Assembly: GCA_963664325.2 (NCBI GenBank)
Contig: CAXXDQ010000004.1
Coordinates: forward strand, 96,001 to 160,000
Source of the DNA: Desulfomonilia bacterium
GTDB taxonomy: Bacteria > Desulfobacterota > Desulfomonilia > UBA1062
Direction of reading: 5' to 3'
Length of the DNA: 64,000 nt
Of the stretch, positions 29,915 through 38,960 are shown one piece after another; position 1 is the first letter of the stretch, and each line of letters opens with the position of its first letter. The notes beneath the pieces were generated by a model. The model saw only the letters and a program-made list of their open reading frames with translations. It searched no databases and was not told the DNA's origin. The translations under genes were made by a program, and so were the position numbers.

Positions 29915-29950
29915 TATATTAAATAAAACGAAAAAATCCAGGAGGTCTTC

Positions 29951-31174
29951 ATGAAGAAGATTCATCTTGTGCTAACCGTTATCATTGTCCTTTTCACCGG
30001 CGCATGTTCGGGTTCGGGCGGTAATGACGCTGCCAATACCACCGGCGAGACGACAAATATAAACAAGCAGGACACCCAGAAGGATGAGACTGTAACGGAA
30101 GAAAAGCTCCTCGGCGGGATGAACCTTTATTATGGGAACCTTCACGGACATACAAATTATTCCTGGCCCGAGGTGAAAAATTATACGCCTGCAGAGTCTT
30201 TTGAATATGCGAAGAACCAGGGACTTGATTTCTGTGCAGTGACGGACCATGACATATGGCTGGATGTAAACCTCAAACCCCAGTACTGGCTCAACGACAA
30301 GGCATGGCAGGAGATCGGCCAGGCGGCAGACGATGCCAATTCAGATGGCTACTTTACAGCCATAAGAGGCTTTGAATGGAGCAACCCGACTTATGGCCAT
30401 ATCTGCATTTTCGATACACCGGATTATACTGATTTCCTGATTACACCGTTTGAACCTGTCATCCCCTGTCTCATGCCAAGCATTTACACCTGGATTGACA
30501 AGCGGAATGCCATAGCGCAGTTCAACCATCCGGGCCGGGAGGAGAAGATGTTCAACAACCTTGAATATGATGAAACAGTAGCGGACAATCTGGCTCTTAT
30601 GGAAACCGGCAACAAGGACGACGGCAACTATACAAACGATTACGTGCCCAACTATATACTTGCACTGGACAAAGGCTGGAAACTGGGACCTGCAGCAAAC
30701 CAGGACAACCATGTGCTTCATATAAATTCCCACAGGACGGTGGTCGCTGCACCCGAACTCACAAGGGATTCCCTGTTATCCGCTTTGCGGGAAAGGCGCA
30801 CATATGCAACCGACGACGCGAATATAAGGGTTATATTCAAGGCCGGCGACACGTGGATGGGATCAACCGTTATTACAGAAGATGATTCCATCGTCCTGAC
30901 AGTCATGGTGAATGATGACGAGCCCGTAGAAAGCCTTGAGATTATTACAAACAGCGGAACGGTGATTGCCCGGAAGTCTTTCCCGACCGATGAGACATCA
31001 GTATTCTGGCAGGTCGCCGTGCCGTGCCATAACGGATCATATTTCTTTCTGAAGGCGACTGAAAAGGACACATTAAACGACGAACTTAACAACAGGACTT
31101 TCCCCGACGTCAACAGGACAAACGGAACGCAGGTTGCAGTAACGGCTCCGATCTGGATTTCATCCGTTTACTGA
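29951..31174 (+). CDS. PHP-family (CehA/McbA-like) metallohydrolase lipoprotein
   Basis: Lipobox TGAC, GNLHGHT, AVTDHD, GFEWS, GH, FNHP, NQDNH, TAPIW. Confidence 0.8.
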   Translation: MKKIHLVLTVIIVLFTGACSGSGGNDAANTTGETTNINKQDTQKDETVTEEKLLGGMNLYYGNLHGHTNYSWPEVKNYTPAESFEYAKNQGLDFCAVTDHDIWLDVNLKPQYWLNDKAWQEIGQAADDANSDGYFTAIRGFEWSNPTYGHICIFDTPDYTDFLITPFEPVIPCLMPSIYTWIDKRNAIAQFNHPGREEKMFNNLEYDETVADNLALMETGNKDDGNYTNDYVPNYILALDKGWKLGPAANQDNHVLHINSHRTVVAAPELTRDSLLSALRERRTYATDDANIRVIFKAGDTWMGSTVITEDDSIVLTVMVNDDEPVESLEIITNSGTVIARKSFPTDETSVFWQVAVPCHNGSYFFLKATEKDTLNDELNNRTFPDVNRTNGTQVAVTAPIWISSVY

Positions 31175-31179
31175 AAAAC

Positions 31180-31223
31180 CCAGGTTGCATGCCCTGACAG
31201 GGGGGACGGGGCATGCAGCCTGG
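31180..31223 (+). terminator. Stem-loop downstream of the PHP lipoprotein gene
   Basis: CCAGGTTGCATGCCC ... GGGCATGCAGCCTGG. Confidence 0.55.
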
Positions 31224-31336
31224 ATCCGGTCAAAGCCTCTAATCCGGTTCATCCGGTCTGCCCCTACTCGCTGTTTCCCCAATTAAACAAATTATGTTAT
31301 CCTTGAATCAAGATTAAATCAGTGAAAGGGAAAAAT

Positions 31337-31717
31337 ATGAAATCCATACATGTTAAAAAGTATTTTCTCATTTCTGTTTTACTGGGATTTGCTGTCGCCC
31401 TTTTGTATCCTGCAAGCGTAATGGCCCATCCGCCCAAAGGGCTGACGGCAGAATATGATATCGCAGCCCAGAAGCTCACGGTAAGGATCGACCACAATTC
31501 ATTTTCACCTACAATGCATTACATCAACAAGGTCGAAATAAAGAAGAACGCCCAGCCCGCAATCAACCAGACATATAAAAGCCAGCCTGAAAAAAACCCG
31601 TTTGAATATACATACGAAATACCTGCTAAAGCTGGCGACATCCTTGAAATAAAGGCAAGCTGCAATATATTCGGTTCAAAAACCGTCAGCATTACCGTAG
31701 CAAAACAAGCCCAATAA
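31337..31717 (+). CDS. Secreted desulfoferrodoxin/SOR-like beta-sandwich protein
   Basis: Signal peptide ending VMA/HPP; H...H...HYI...CNIFG pattern. Confidence 0.65.
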   Translation: MKSIHVKKYFLISVLLGFAVALLYPASVMAHPPKGLTAEYDIAAQKLTVRIDHNSFSPTMHYINKVEIKKNAQPAINQTYKSQPEKNPFEYTYEIPAKAGDILEIKASCNIFGSKTVSITVAKQAQ

Positions 31718-31729
31718 AGGAGGATAAAT

Positions 31730-32086
31730 ATGAAGGCTCGAAATATTACTTCGTCGTTGATCATTCTAGCAGCGGTTTTTCTTTCATTTAACCCTGCATC
31801 GGCCCATGAACCTTCGTCGCTGAATCTCAGCTACGATTTATCATCCCAGACTCTGTCGGTAACAGTGGGACATTATACATATGATGTCACGGTGGATTAT
31901 ATCGACAGCATCGCGATCAAGATCAACGGCAAAGATTATAAGACATTCAACTATACAAGCCAGTACGTTAAGACTATGGCCTCGTTTTCATACAAGGTGG
32001 AGGCACAAACAGGCGATTCAATAGAAGTAACGGCAACAAGCAAAACAGGAGGTTCAAAGACTGCAAGCATAACCGTCGGGAGTTAA
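31730..32086 (+). CDS. Secreted paralog of the preceding protein, ligand set degenerate
   Basis: ASA/HEP, colinear with 31337-31717 (YD..Q.L.V...H, YI, GD.IE..A, GSKT.SITV); SD AAGGAGG. Confidence 0.7.
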   Translation: MKARNITSSLIILAAVFLSFNPASAHEPSSLNLSYDLSSQTLSVTVGHYTYDVTVDYIDSIAIKINGKDYKTFNYTSQYVKTMASFSYKVEAQTGDSIEVTATSKTGGSKTASITVGS

Positions 32087-32095
32087 CCGGGGATT

Positions 32096-32488
32096 ATGCA
32101 AACAGTAGTTATCCATGCATTATTAATGGCAACAGGCTTAATTACTATGGCTGCTGCCGCCTTTATTGCCATGACCCAAAGAAAAAAAAGATGGTGGCTC
32201 AAGGCACACAGGCCTTTCGGGATTGCAGGGGCATTATCCATGATAGCCGGATTTTTCGCCATCCTCCTGATTCAGGACAGCCAGGGATCAAGCTTGATTC
32301 CTGAAATACACGGCATTTTTGGCGGATCAGCAATAGCATTGGTATGCGCCGCTCCAATCCTGGGAATACTAATGTTCCGGCTTAAAAAGAAATGGATGAG
32401 GCCCGCTCACCGATGGGCAGGCCGTTTTGCCATCGCAATCGCCTTTACAAATCTTTCGCTGGGGCTTTTTATGACGGGCCTGATCTAG
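32096..32488 (+). CDS. Cytochrome b561-like 4-TM protein
   Basis: Four TM helices each starting with His: IHALLM, AHRPFG, IHGIFG, AHRWAG. Confidence 0.7.
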   Translation: MQTVVIHALLMATGLITMAAAAFIAMTQRKKRWWLKAHRPFGIAGALSMIAGFFAILLIQDSQGSSLIPEIHGIFGGSAIALVCAAPILGILMFRLKKKWMRPAHRWAGRFAIAIAFTNLSLGLFMTGLI

Positions 32489-32516
32489 TCGCATGATGCC
32501 GTCAGCAGACGGTTTT

Positions 32517-33104
32517 TCAGCCCAGATTGTCCAGCCTGTTCATCATATTATCGAAAACACCCTGGCTGACCCCTATCGGGACAACATAGAGTATCTTTTG
32601 AACTTCAGGCTCATAAACCTCGATTATGGGCATCCTGGGTATTTCATGGGATTTCATATACCTGGCGATTTTTGGATATACCCTGTAAATCCCTATTACA
32701 ATTGAGGGCAACCCTTTAAATGGGAATTCCACAACAAGGTAATTGGTCTGCGGTAGCTCTCCTATCGGATATTTTTTTTCAAGCTCCATAATCCTTGTTG
32801 GATCAACGCCATCAAGTATCCTGCCTATTATGGACCTTGTTTTATCTTCAGGTGTCACCTTGGGGTCATCATAATAAATGCCCAATCCCCTTGAAGTCAC
32901 AATATCTGCTTCTTTGAGATCATTGTACATTTCATCCATAATCGGTCCGACATCCTTGTAGGCGCCAACGTTTTTTTTCATTATGAACACATAAGGCCCT
33001 ATTTCTTTTTCCTGAATGTTTACGGGTGCGAACAATCCGTAGAATGAAAAAATAGCAGCTGAGATTCCTATAAGGATTCCTACAATGACTACCACTGTCT
33101 TCAT
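32517..33104 (-). CDS. Membrane-anchored GyrI-like domain protein
   Basis: N-terminal TM segment, GAYK, GIYYDDP, IEVY; ATG 33104 with GGAGG. Confidence 0.7.
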   Translation of the reverse strand: MKTVVVIVGILIGISAAIFSFYGLFAPVNIQEKEIGPYVFIMKKNVGAYKDVGPIMDEMYNDLKEADIVTSRGLGIYYDDPKVTPEDKTRSIIGRILDGVDPTRIMELEKKYPIGELPQTNYLVVEFPFKGLPSIVIGIYRVYPKIARYMKSHEIPRMPIIEVYEPEVQKILYVVPIGVSQGVFDNMMNRLDNLG

Positions 33105-33191
33105 TTTTAGCCTCCTGTCAAAAAAGATCCGCAACATCTGTTTCCAGCATTTCATATCTTTTTCGACTTTCTGTCGGAAAATATTTAATAA

Positions 33192-33205
33192 TTGATTCAT
33201 ATCAA
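33192..33205. promoter_or_regulatory. FNR-type binding site
   Basis: TTGAT-TCAT-ATCAA, perfect consensus in a divergent intergenic region. Confidence 0.65.
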
Positions 33206-33284
33206 TTATAACTTTTATGGCCATTGCATGTTCAACGGCAGGCTCATATTATTTCAATGTATTCAAATATCCGGAGGAATTGAC

Positions 33285-36200
33285 ATGAACTCAAGCCAGA
33301 AACTGACACTTAAAGACACAGTCAAACATGTAACTTTCGACGATACGGAGCTCATGCTTTACGGCCATGACATAGGCGCTCTGCCGTCTCTGATAAAGCC
33401 TCTTGTCGGCAGCACGGTACCGGATGCGGTTGTTCAGCCTGAAAATGAGGCCGAACTGATCTCACTCGTGAAATGGGCGAATGGGAACGGCATCCCGCTG
33501 ACGCCAAGAGGAAAGGCGACCTCGGGATACGGCGGAGTTCTGCCTGTAAAAGCCGGAGTGATAGTCGATTTCTGGCGTATGAAGGGCGTTATCTCAATTG
33601 ATAATAAAAACATTACTGCAACTGTGGAACCGGGCATTACCTGGGAAAAGCTCGACAGGGCGCTTATGAAAAAGGGGCTTACGCTTTGCATGTACCCTTC
33701 TAGCTATCCTGCGGCTACGGTAGGAGGCTGGCTGGCTCAGGGCGGTGCAGGTTTCGGAAGTTATGAATTCGGTTATTTCAGGGACATTGTCGTTTCGGCA
33801 AAGGCGGTGCTTCCAAGCGGTGAGGTCAGGGAATTCAAGGGCAATGACCTTGACCTCGTTTACGAGGCGGAAGGCATAACGGGAATTATAAGTGAGGTGA
33901 CAATCAGGGTTCAGTCATATGAAGAGCTTGATTACTGTTCATTTACATGCCCTGACTCAGCTGCAGTAAAAAATGTTGCAGATGAAATAATGAAAAAGAA
34001 ACTACCCATATGGGCCATGCTCTTCATTAATCCAAAGATGGCCGAATTCAAACGTATAGCTCCTGTCAGGGAGCACCACGGCCATCCTGCTGAAGAACAG
34101 GCGAATCTTCCGAGCGGAGATTTCGTAATGACGCTTGCCTTTAAAAAAAGTGCATCCGGTAAGGTCAGAAGCTCAATTGCTGAAATTATAAAATGCTGCG
34201 ACTGCCAGATGCTGTCTCAGGAGATCGCCGACCATGAATGGGAAAACCGCTTCAGGCTGATGGTGGTTAAACGCCTCGGGCCGTCACTGGCTCCTGTTGA
34301 AGTCATTGTCCCGCTTGAAAACATGCCGCAGGTTTTTGAAGAGATAAATGCCAAGGTCGGCCAGCCCATAGTTAAAGAAGCCGTTATTATTCCGAACGGC
34401 AGAAACGGCAAACCTGAGGTCGTTATCCTGGGCTTTATCCCGTGCGACCAGAGAAGGTTCGGGTATAACTTCGTATTCGCCCTGGCGCTCACGGTTATGA
34501 AGATTGCAGAGAAAAACGGCGGCCGTGCATACAGCACCGGGCTTTATTTCGCATCAAAAGCCAACCAGGTGCTTGGAAAAGACCGGCTGAGAAAAATAGC
34601 GGCATTCAAGAAAAAGGTTGATCCCGAAGGAATATTAAACCCTGAAAAGGTTCTGGGCGGAGGCCTGCTCAAACTGGCCATGCAGATTGCCCCGGTCTTC
34701 GAACCCATAACAAGGGCGCTTGGAAATTCCGCAAAAATCCATGTCGGCGAAAGGCCTGTTGAAGCTGTCAAGGGCATTCCGCCCGAAGTCGTCTGGTATG
34801 CTTACTCATGTTCACAGTGCGGCTACTGCGTCGACGAATGCGACCAGTATTACGGCAGAGGCTGGGAAAGCCAGAGCCCAAGAGGCAAATGGTACTGGCT
34901 GAGGCAGTTCCTTGAGGGTAAGAAGAAATGGGACCAGAAAATGGTCGACACTTTCATAGTCTGCACAACGTGCGAGCTGTGCAATAACCGCTGTTCTGCA
35001 GCACTGCCCATAGAGCAGTCATGGATGAAGTTACGGGGCAAGCTTATACAAGATGACAGGCAAATGACATTCCCTCCTTTTGCCATGATGGAAAAAGCGA
35101 CGCTCGCTGAAGGAGACATCTGGGCGGGCTACAGAAAAGACCGGGATGCATGGTTCCCGAAGGATTTGATGGAAAAGCACGGGCCCGACGTGAAGGCAAA
35201 AAACGCCTATTTCGCAGGCTGTACGGCAAGCTATGTGGAAAACGACATAAGCATAGCAAGCGTAAGACTGCTAGATGAAGCTGGGGTTGATTTCGCCTAT
35301 GTCGGCAAATCTGAGAGCTGCTGCGGTACGCCCATGCTGGTTGCCGGCAAATGGGACACATTTACAAAAATCATGAAGGACAACATAGCCGCTGTCAAGG
35401 CAAAGGGCGCGGACACGGTCATTTCATCATGCCCGGCCTGTGACATGATGTGGCGCCATGTTTACCCGACATGGGCCAAGAAAATCGGCATAAATTACGA
35501 CATCACTGCAAAGCACTATTCAGAGATCGTTGCCGATAAAATCGATTCCGGCGAGTTTAAATTTCCGGAGAAGCTCCCTGAACAGACCGTCACATGGCAC
35601 GATTCATGCCATGCAGGCAGGGTGAGCGGCATTTATGACCCGCCGAGGAAGCTGATCGAAGCGATACCGAACGTTAAATTTGTCGAGATGGAAAACAACC
35701 GCGAGTGCGCTCACTGCTGCGGAAGCGTCCTGACCCTCATAAAGGAACCCGATGTGGCTGCGTTCATCGGCAAGGGCCGGCTTGAAGAGGCCGAGGAGGC
35801 CGGTGCGGACAAGGTGCTGGCGCTCTGCCCGTGCTGCGAATTCCAGCTACGCGTCTCGGCGGACAAGGCAGATTCAAAAGTTAAGGTGGAAGACCTGGCA
35901 TCGTTTGCTGCCAAGGCGCTCGGCCATGAACTGCCCGACCCTCACCCCGAGGTGAAAGCTCAGTGGGCGGTTTTTGACGGAATGATCGCGCTCATGACGC
36001 CGAAGGGTTTTGCCGACCTGATGGGTACCATGTGGCCGGAGCTTATAAATGCCATGCCTTTCGGCATGGGTTACATGATGCGGTTCTTCGGTAAAAACCT
36101 TCCTAAAATACTGGATATGATGAAGCCCGTGTTCCCCATCCTTTTCCCGATACTGCTGCCAATGATGATGCCCAAGGTCATGCCTGAAATGCTTTCGCGC

Positions 36201-36356
36201 GTTGCCTCAAAGGTTCCGATGCCCGATTACATGAAGGAGCAGATGCCGTCACTCATGCCTAAAGTCATGGATGAGCTCATGCCGCACATGATCGGCGATG
36301 TAGTACCGCTGGTGACAGGGCCGATGATTGAATATCTGAAAAGAAGTGGTGAGTAA
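33285..36356 (+). CDS. FAD-linked oxidase fused to 4Fe-4S and CCG domains (GlcD/GlcF-like 2-hydroxyacid dehydrogenase)
   Basis: PRGKATS..GG, VEPG, ATVGG, EGITGII, DPEGILNP, CSQCGYC, CTTCELC, ESCCG, HDSCH, HCCG; ATG 33285 with GGAGG. Confidence 0.88.
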   Translation: MNSSQKLTLKDTVKHVTFDDTELMLYGHDIGALPSLIKPLVGSTVPDAVVQPENEAELISLVKWANGNGIPLTPRGKATSGYGGVLPVKAGVIVDFWRMKGVISIDNKNITATVEPGITWEKLDRALMKKGLTLCMYPSSYPAATVGGWLAQGGAGFGSYEFGYFRDIVVSAKAVLPSGEVREFKGNDLDLVYEAEGITGIISEVTIRVQSYEELDYCSFTCPDSAAVKNVADEIMKKKLPIWAMLFINPKMAEFKRIAPVREHHGHPAEEQANLPSGDFVMTLAFKKSASGKVRSSIAEIIKCCDCQMLSQEIADHEWENRFRLMVVKRLGPSLAPVEVIVPLENMPQVFEEINAKVGQPIVKEAVIIPNGRNGKPEVVILGFIPCDQRRFGYNFVFALALTVMKIAEKNGGRAYSTGLYFASKANQVLGKDRLRKIAAFKKKVDPEGILNPEKVLGGGLLKLAMQIAPVFEPITRALGNSAKIHVGERPVEAVKGIPPEVVWYAYSCSQCGYCVDECDQYYGRGWESQSPRGKWYWLRQFLEGKKKWDQKMVDTFIVCTTCELCNNRCSAALPIEQSWMKLRGKLIQDDRQMTFPPFAMMEKATLAEGDIWAGYRKDRDAWFPKDLMEKHGPDVKAKNAYFAGCTASYVENDISIASVRLLDEAGVDFAYVGKSESCCGTPMLVAGKWDTFTKIMKDNIAAVKAKGADTVISSCPACDMMWRHVYPTWAKKIGINYDITAKHYSEIVADKIDSGEFKFPEKLPEQTVTWHDSCHAGRVSGIYDPPRKLIEAIPNVKFVEMENNRECAHCCGSVLTLIKEPDVAAFIGKGRLEEAEEAGADKVLALCPCCEFQLRVSADKADSKVKVEDLASFAAKALGHELPDPHPEVKAQWAVFDGMIALMTPKGFADLMGTMWPELINAMPFGMGYMMRFFGKNLPKILDMMKPVFPILFPILLPMMMPKVMPEMLSRVASKVPMPDYMKEQMPSLMPKVMDELMPHMIGDVVPLVTGPMIEYLKRSGE

Positions 36357-36464
36357 AGAGTGGTGAGTTGTGAGTAGTAAAGAAAAACAGGGCGTCAGAC
36401 GTTATCAGGATGCTCTGTTTCTTTCTTCTCACTCCTGACCACTTACCATTCTTAACTCACCACT
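36345..36464. repeat. Long imperfect palindrome built from short GTGAGT-type repeats, overlapping two convergent 3' ends
   Basis: agtggtgagtaaagagtggtgagt...aaacagggcgtc / gatgctctgttt...accacttaccattcttaactcaccact. Confidence 0.7.
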
Positions 36465-37496
36465 ATCCTTAACAATCGCTTCCCAGAGCCCGGCCAGGTA
36501 CATGACGCCCAGCGCCCTGTCGTAAAGCCCGTAGCCCGGCCTGCCGGTCTCGCCCCATATCATGCGGCCGTGGTCAGGCCTTATGATGCCGTCAAAACCG
36601 GTCTCGTAAAGCGCCTTCATGATCTCATACATATCCAGGTTGCCGCATTCGCTGGGATGGGCGGTTTCATGAAACTTCCTGTTTCCGCCTCTTTCGATAT
36701 TTCTTGCATGCACAAAAGGAATCCTGTCCTTGAACCTCTTTATCATTGCACACAGGTCGTTCTCGGCTGCAGGTCCCAGAGAGCCCGTGCAAAGCGTAAT
36801 CCCGTTGAAAGGACTGTCAACAACAGCAAGCAGTCTTGCAAGCGCCGGCCCGTCTGTAATTATCCGTGGCAGCCCCATTATAGGCCAGGGCGGATCGTCG
36901 GGATGAATGCCCATCCTGACCCCGCATTCCTCCGCAACCGGCACCACCGCCCTCAGGAAATAGCTGAGGTTTGCCCACATGTCTTCATCTGTGACGCCCT
37001 TATAGGCCTCAAGCATGAGACTGAGCCTTTCACGGGTATAGCTCTGGGCCCAGGCCGGCATATCAAGCTTTTCCATATTGTTCACCAGCCCGGCAAGTTC
37101 CGCATCATCGTAATCAAGGCATGAGGAGCCATCGGGAAGCGTTTTCTCAAGGTCCGTCCTCATCCAGTCGAACACGGGCATGAAGTTGTAGCAGAGCACC
37201 CCGATCCCTGCCCGGCCTGTATTCCTGATGCTTTCGGAATAGTTTTCAATGTATTCATCCCTGCCCGGCAGACCAAGCTTGATATCTTCATGGACAGGTA
37301 TGCTTTCGATGGCCGAGAGCTCAAGCCCGGATTTTTCCACAGTGTCTTTCAGTGCCAGGATTCCTTTAACCGGCCAGACCGCCCCGGCCGGAATATCAGG
37401 CAGAGCGGATACGATGCCTTTGACAGCCGGTATCTGTCTTATGTGTTTCAGCTGCACCGGGTCGTTTTCGCCATACCATCTGAATGTGAACTTCAT
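36429..37496 (-). CDS. uxuA: Mannonate dehydratase
   Basis: MKFTFRWYG, ESIPVHE, CYNFMPVFDW, HPDDPPW, CTGSLG, RPDHG, PGYGLYDRALG. Confidence 0.95.
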   Translation of the reverse strand: MKFTFRWYGENDPVQLKHIRQIPAVKGIVSALPDIPAGAVWPVKGILALKDTVEKSGLELSAIESIPVHEDIKLGLPGRDEYIENYSESIRNTGRAGIGVLCYNFMPVFDWMRTDLEKTLPDGSSCLDYDDAELAGLVNNMEKLDMPAWAQSYTRERLSLMLEAYKGVTDEDMWANLSYFLRAVVPVAEECGVRMGIHPDDPPWPIMGLPRIITDGPALARLLAVVDSPFNGITLCTGSLGPAAENDLCAMIKRFKDRIPFVHARNIERGGNRKFHETAHPSECGNLDMYEIMKALYETGFDGIIRPDHGRMIWGETGRPGYGLYDRALGVMYLAGLWEAIVKDSGELRMVSGQE

Positions 37497-37559
37497 ACAG
37501 GTCATTATATGAGTGTTTTGCATTTACGCAAGCAGGCCCTTAATGATAATCCTTTGATC

Positions 37560-38885
37560 ATGAAGCATCTTATGGAATTTTCAAGGTTCGGATTGTTCAG
37601 GGCCCTGGTTGCCGGACTGATATTTATCATTTTCTCGCAATCACTTTATGCCGGAGATACGGCTGTCGTAAACCGATCTTATAATTATCTTGAGAGCATT
37701 CCAGCCGAAACGAAAGATACTTTGGCCATGGTCTCGCTGGAAAGGCCTCTCGTGCCTGAAAACGCACTTATCCTCTGGCCGGACAGGGATGGAGACGGGC
37801 TCGACGATGAGATGGAGGCTGGCCTGGCTGAAACGGTACGGCCGTTTCTAGTTTTTGATTCGAACGAAAAGGCCCTTGAAAAGGATGAGCCAACAACCCT
37901 GTTCCAGGTCAGACCCGTTGACCTGTCCGGTCCGGACAATATCTCCGTAAGAATCAGATGGGTGCTGCTCTTCAGTAACGACGGCGGATACGGTCCATGT
38001 TCGTCTTTATGCGGCGGTTCTCACAAGGGTGATATAAAAGTCATCACCTTTGATATGGTCTCGAATGACAGGGGGTTGACCTGGGAAATCAAGTCAATAG
38101 CCCTCGGCGAAAAGGAAACCCTTGTATGGGAAAAGGGCTTTGATAAAATCTCTTCAAAGATGTCCCATCCTGTTATCTTTATGTCTTCAGGCAGACACAA
38201 CCCTTATTTCTCTCCTGCGTCCAGCGGCATAAGTTCTGCGTACAGCACTTTCGGCTGCTGCGATAATGTTGACGGCAAAGGGAGGTCCATTCTGCCCGAC
38301 ACAAAAAACGCAGGCGAGCCCGAAGCGCACCCTGAACCGGATTTTGCAGACAGCCTCTCCCCTGCGTTTCCCGGCTTTTCAGCATGGGGAAGAGACAATT
38401 TTTTTTCCATATGGTCCGGAAACATATCCGGCAGATGGCTTAAAAATAAAATTATCCCCAGGGACGCCTCCCTTTGCTCAATTGAAAGCTTGAGCAGTCC
38501 GGGGAATTTTATCAGACATAAGCGTTTCAAGGGCGAGGTGGCGAAGATCCAATCAGCCCGCGACAGACTCGATGCAAGGTTCCGCATTATACCGGCCGAT
38601 GTTTCAAAAGAAACGGTTCTGATCGAGTCCGTAAACTATCCCGGATATTTTTTTGCAAACCGGAACGGCCGCATTTCGCTGATAAAACCAAGCAGCGAGG
38701 AAGAAAAAAAAGCTGCTGTTTTTAAGATGGGAAAAGGCCTGAAAGGAAGAGTATCTGTTTCTTTCGAATCAGCCGGGATGAAAAGGGCTTTCATGAGAGT
38801 AAGGGACGGGCATTTATATGTTGAACCCCGCAGAGGCAAGTCATTCTGCATAGATGCGTCTTTCATGATAAGACCGCAGCAGTAA
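37560..38885 (+). CDS. Secreted protein with a Ca-binding DxDxDG motif, an unknown central domain and a C-terminal AbfB/CBM42-like domain
   Basis: Signal peptide ending LYA, DRDGDGLDD; C-terminal SIES..PGNFIRH, DARF, ESVNYPGYF, VSFES, DASF; start uncertain (37560 or 37572). Confidence 0.65.
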   Translation: MKHLMEFSRFGLFRALVAGLIFIIFSQSLYAGDTAVVNRSYNYLESIPAETKDTLAMVSLERPLVPENALILWPDRDGDGLDDEMEAGLAETVRPFLVFDSNEKALEKDEPTTLFQVRPVDLSGPDNISVRIRWVLLFSNDGGYGPCSSLCGGSHKGDIKVITFDMVSNDRGLTWEIKSIALGEKETLVWEKGFDKISSKMSHPVIFMSSGRHNPYFSPASSGISSAYSTFGCCDNVDGKGRSILPDTKNAGEPEAHPEPDFADSLSPAFPGFSAWGRDNFFSIWSGNISGRWLKNKIIPRDASLCSIESLSSPGNFIRHKRFKGEVAKIQSARDRLDARFRIIPADVSKETVLIESVNYPGYFFANRNGRISLIKPSSEEEKKAAVFKMGKGLKGRVSVSFESAGMKRAFMRVRDGHLYVEPRRGKSFCIDASFMIRPQQ

Positions 38886-38960
38886 TCCCGTTTAATTTTT
38901 TTGTTGTCAGTACAATGGAAATCATTCGTGAAACCCGAGAGAACACATGGTTCTGCAATT

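Noticed and set aside
37290-37559. Long 5' overlap of the 531-aa ORF with uxuA (similar over-extensions at 33192, 53813, 55226)
   Set aside because: Longest-ORF artefact; downstream starts give signal peptides, SDs or family-typical N-termini
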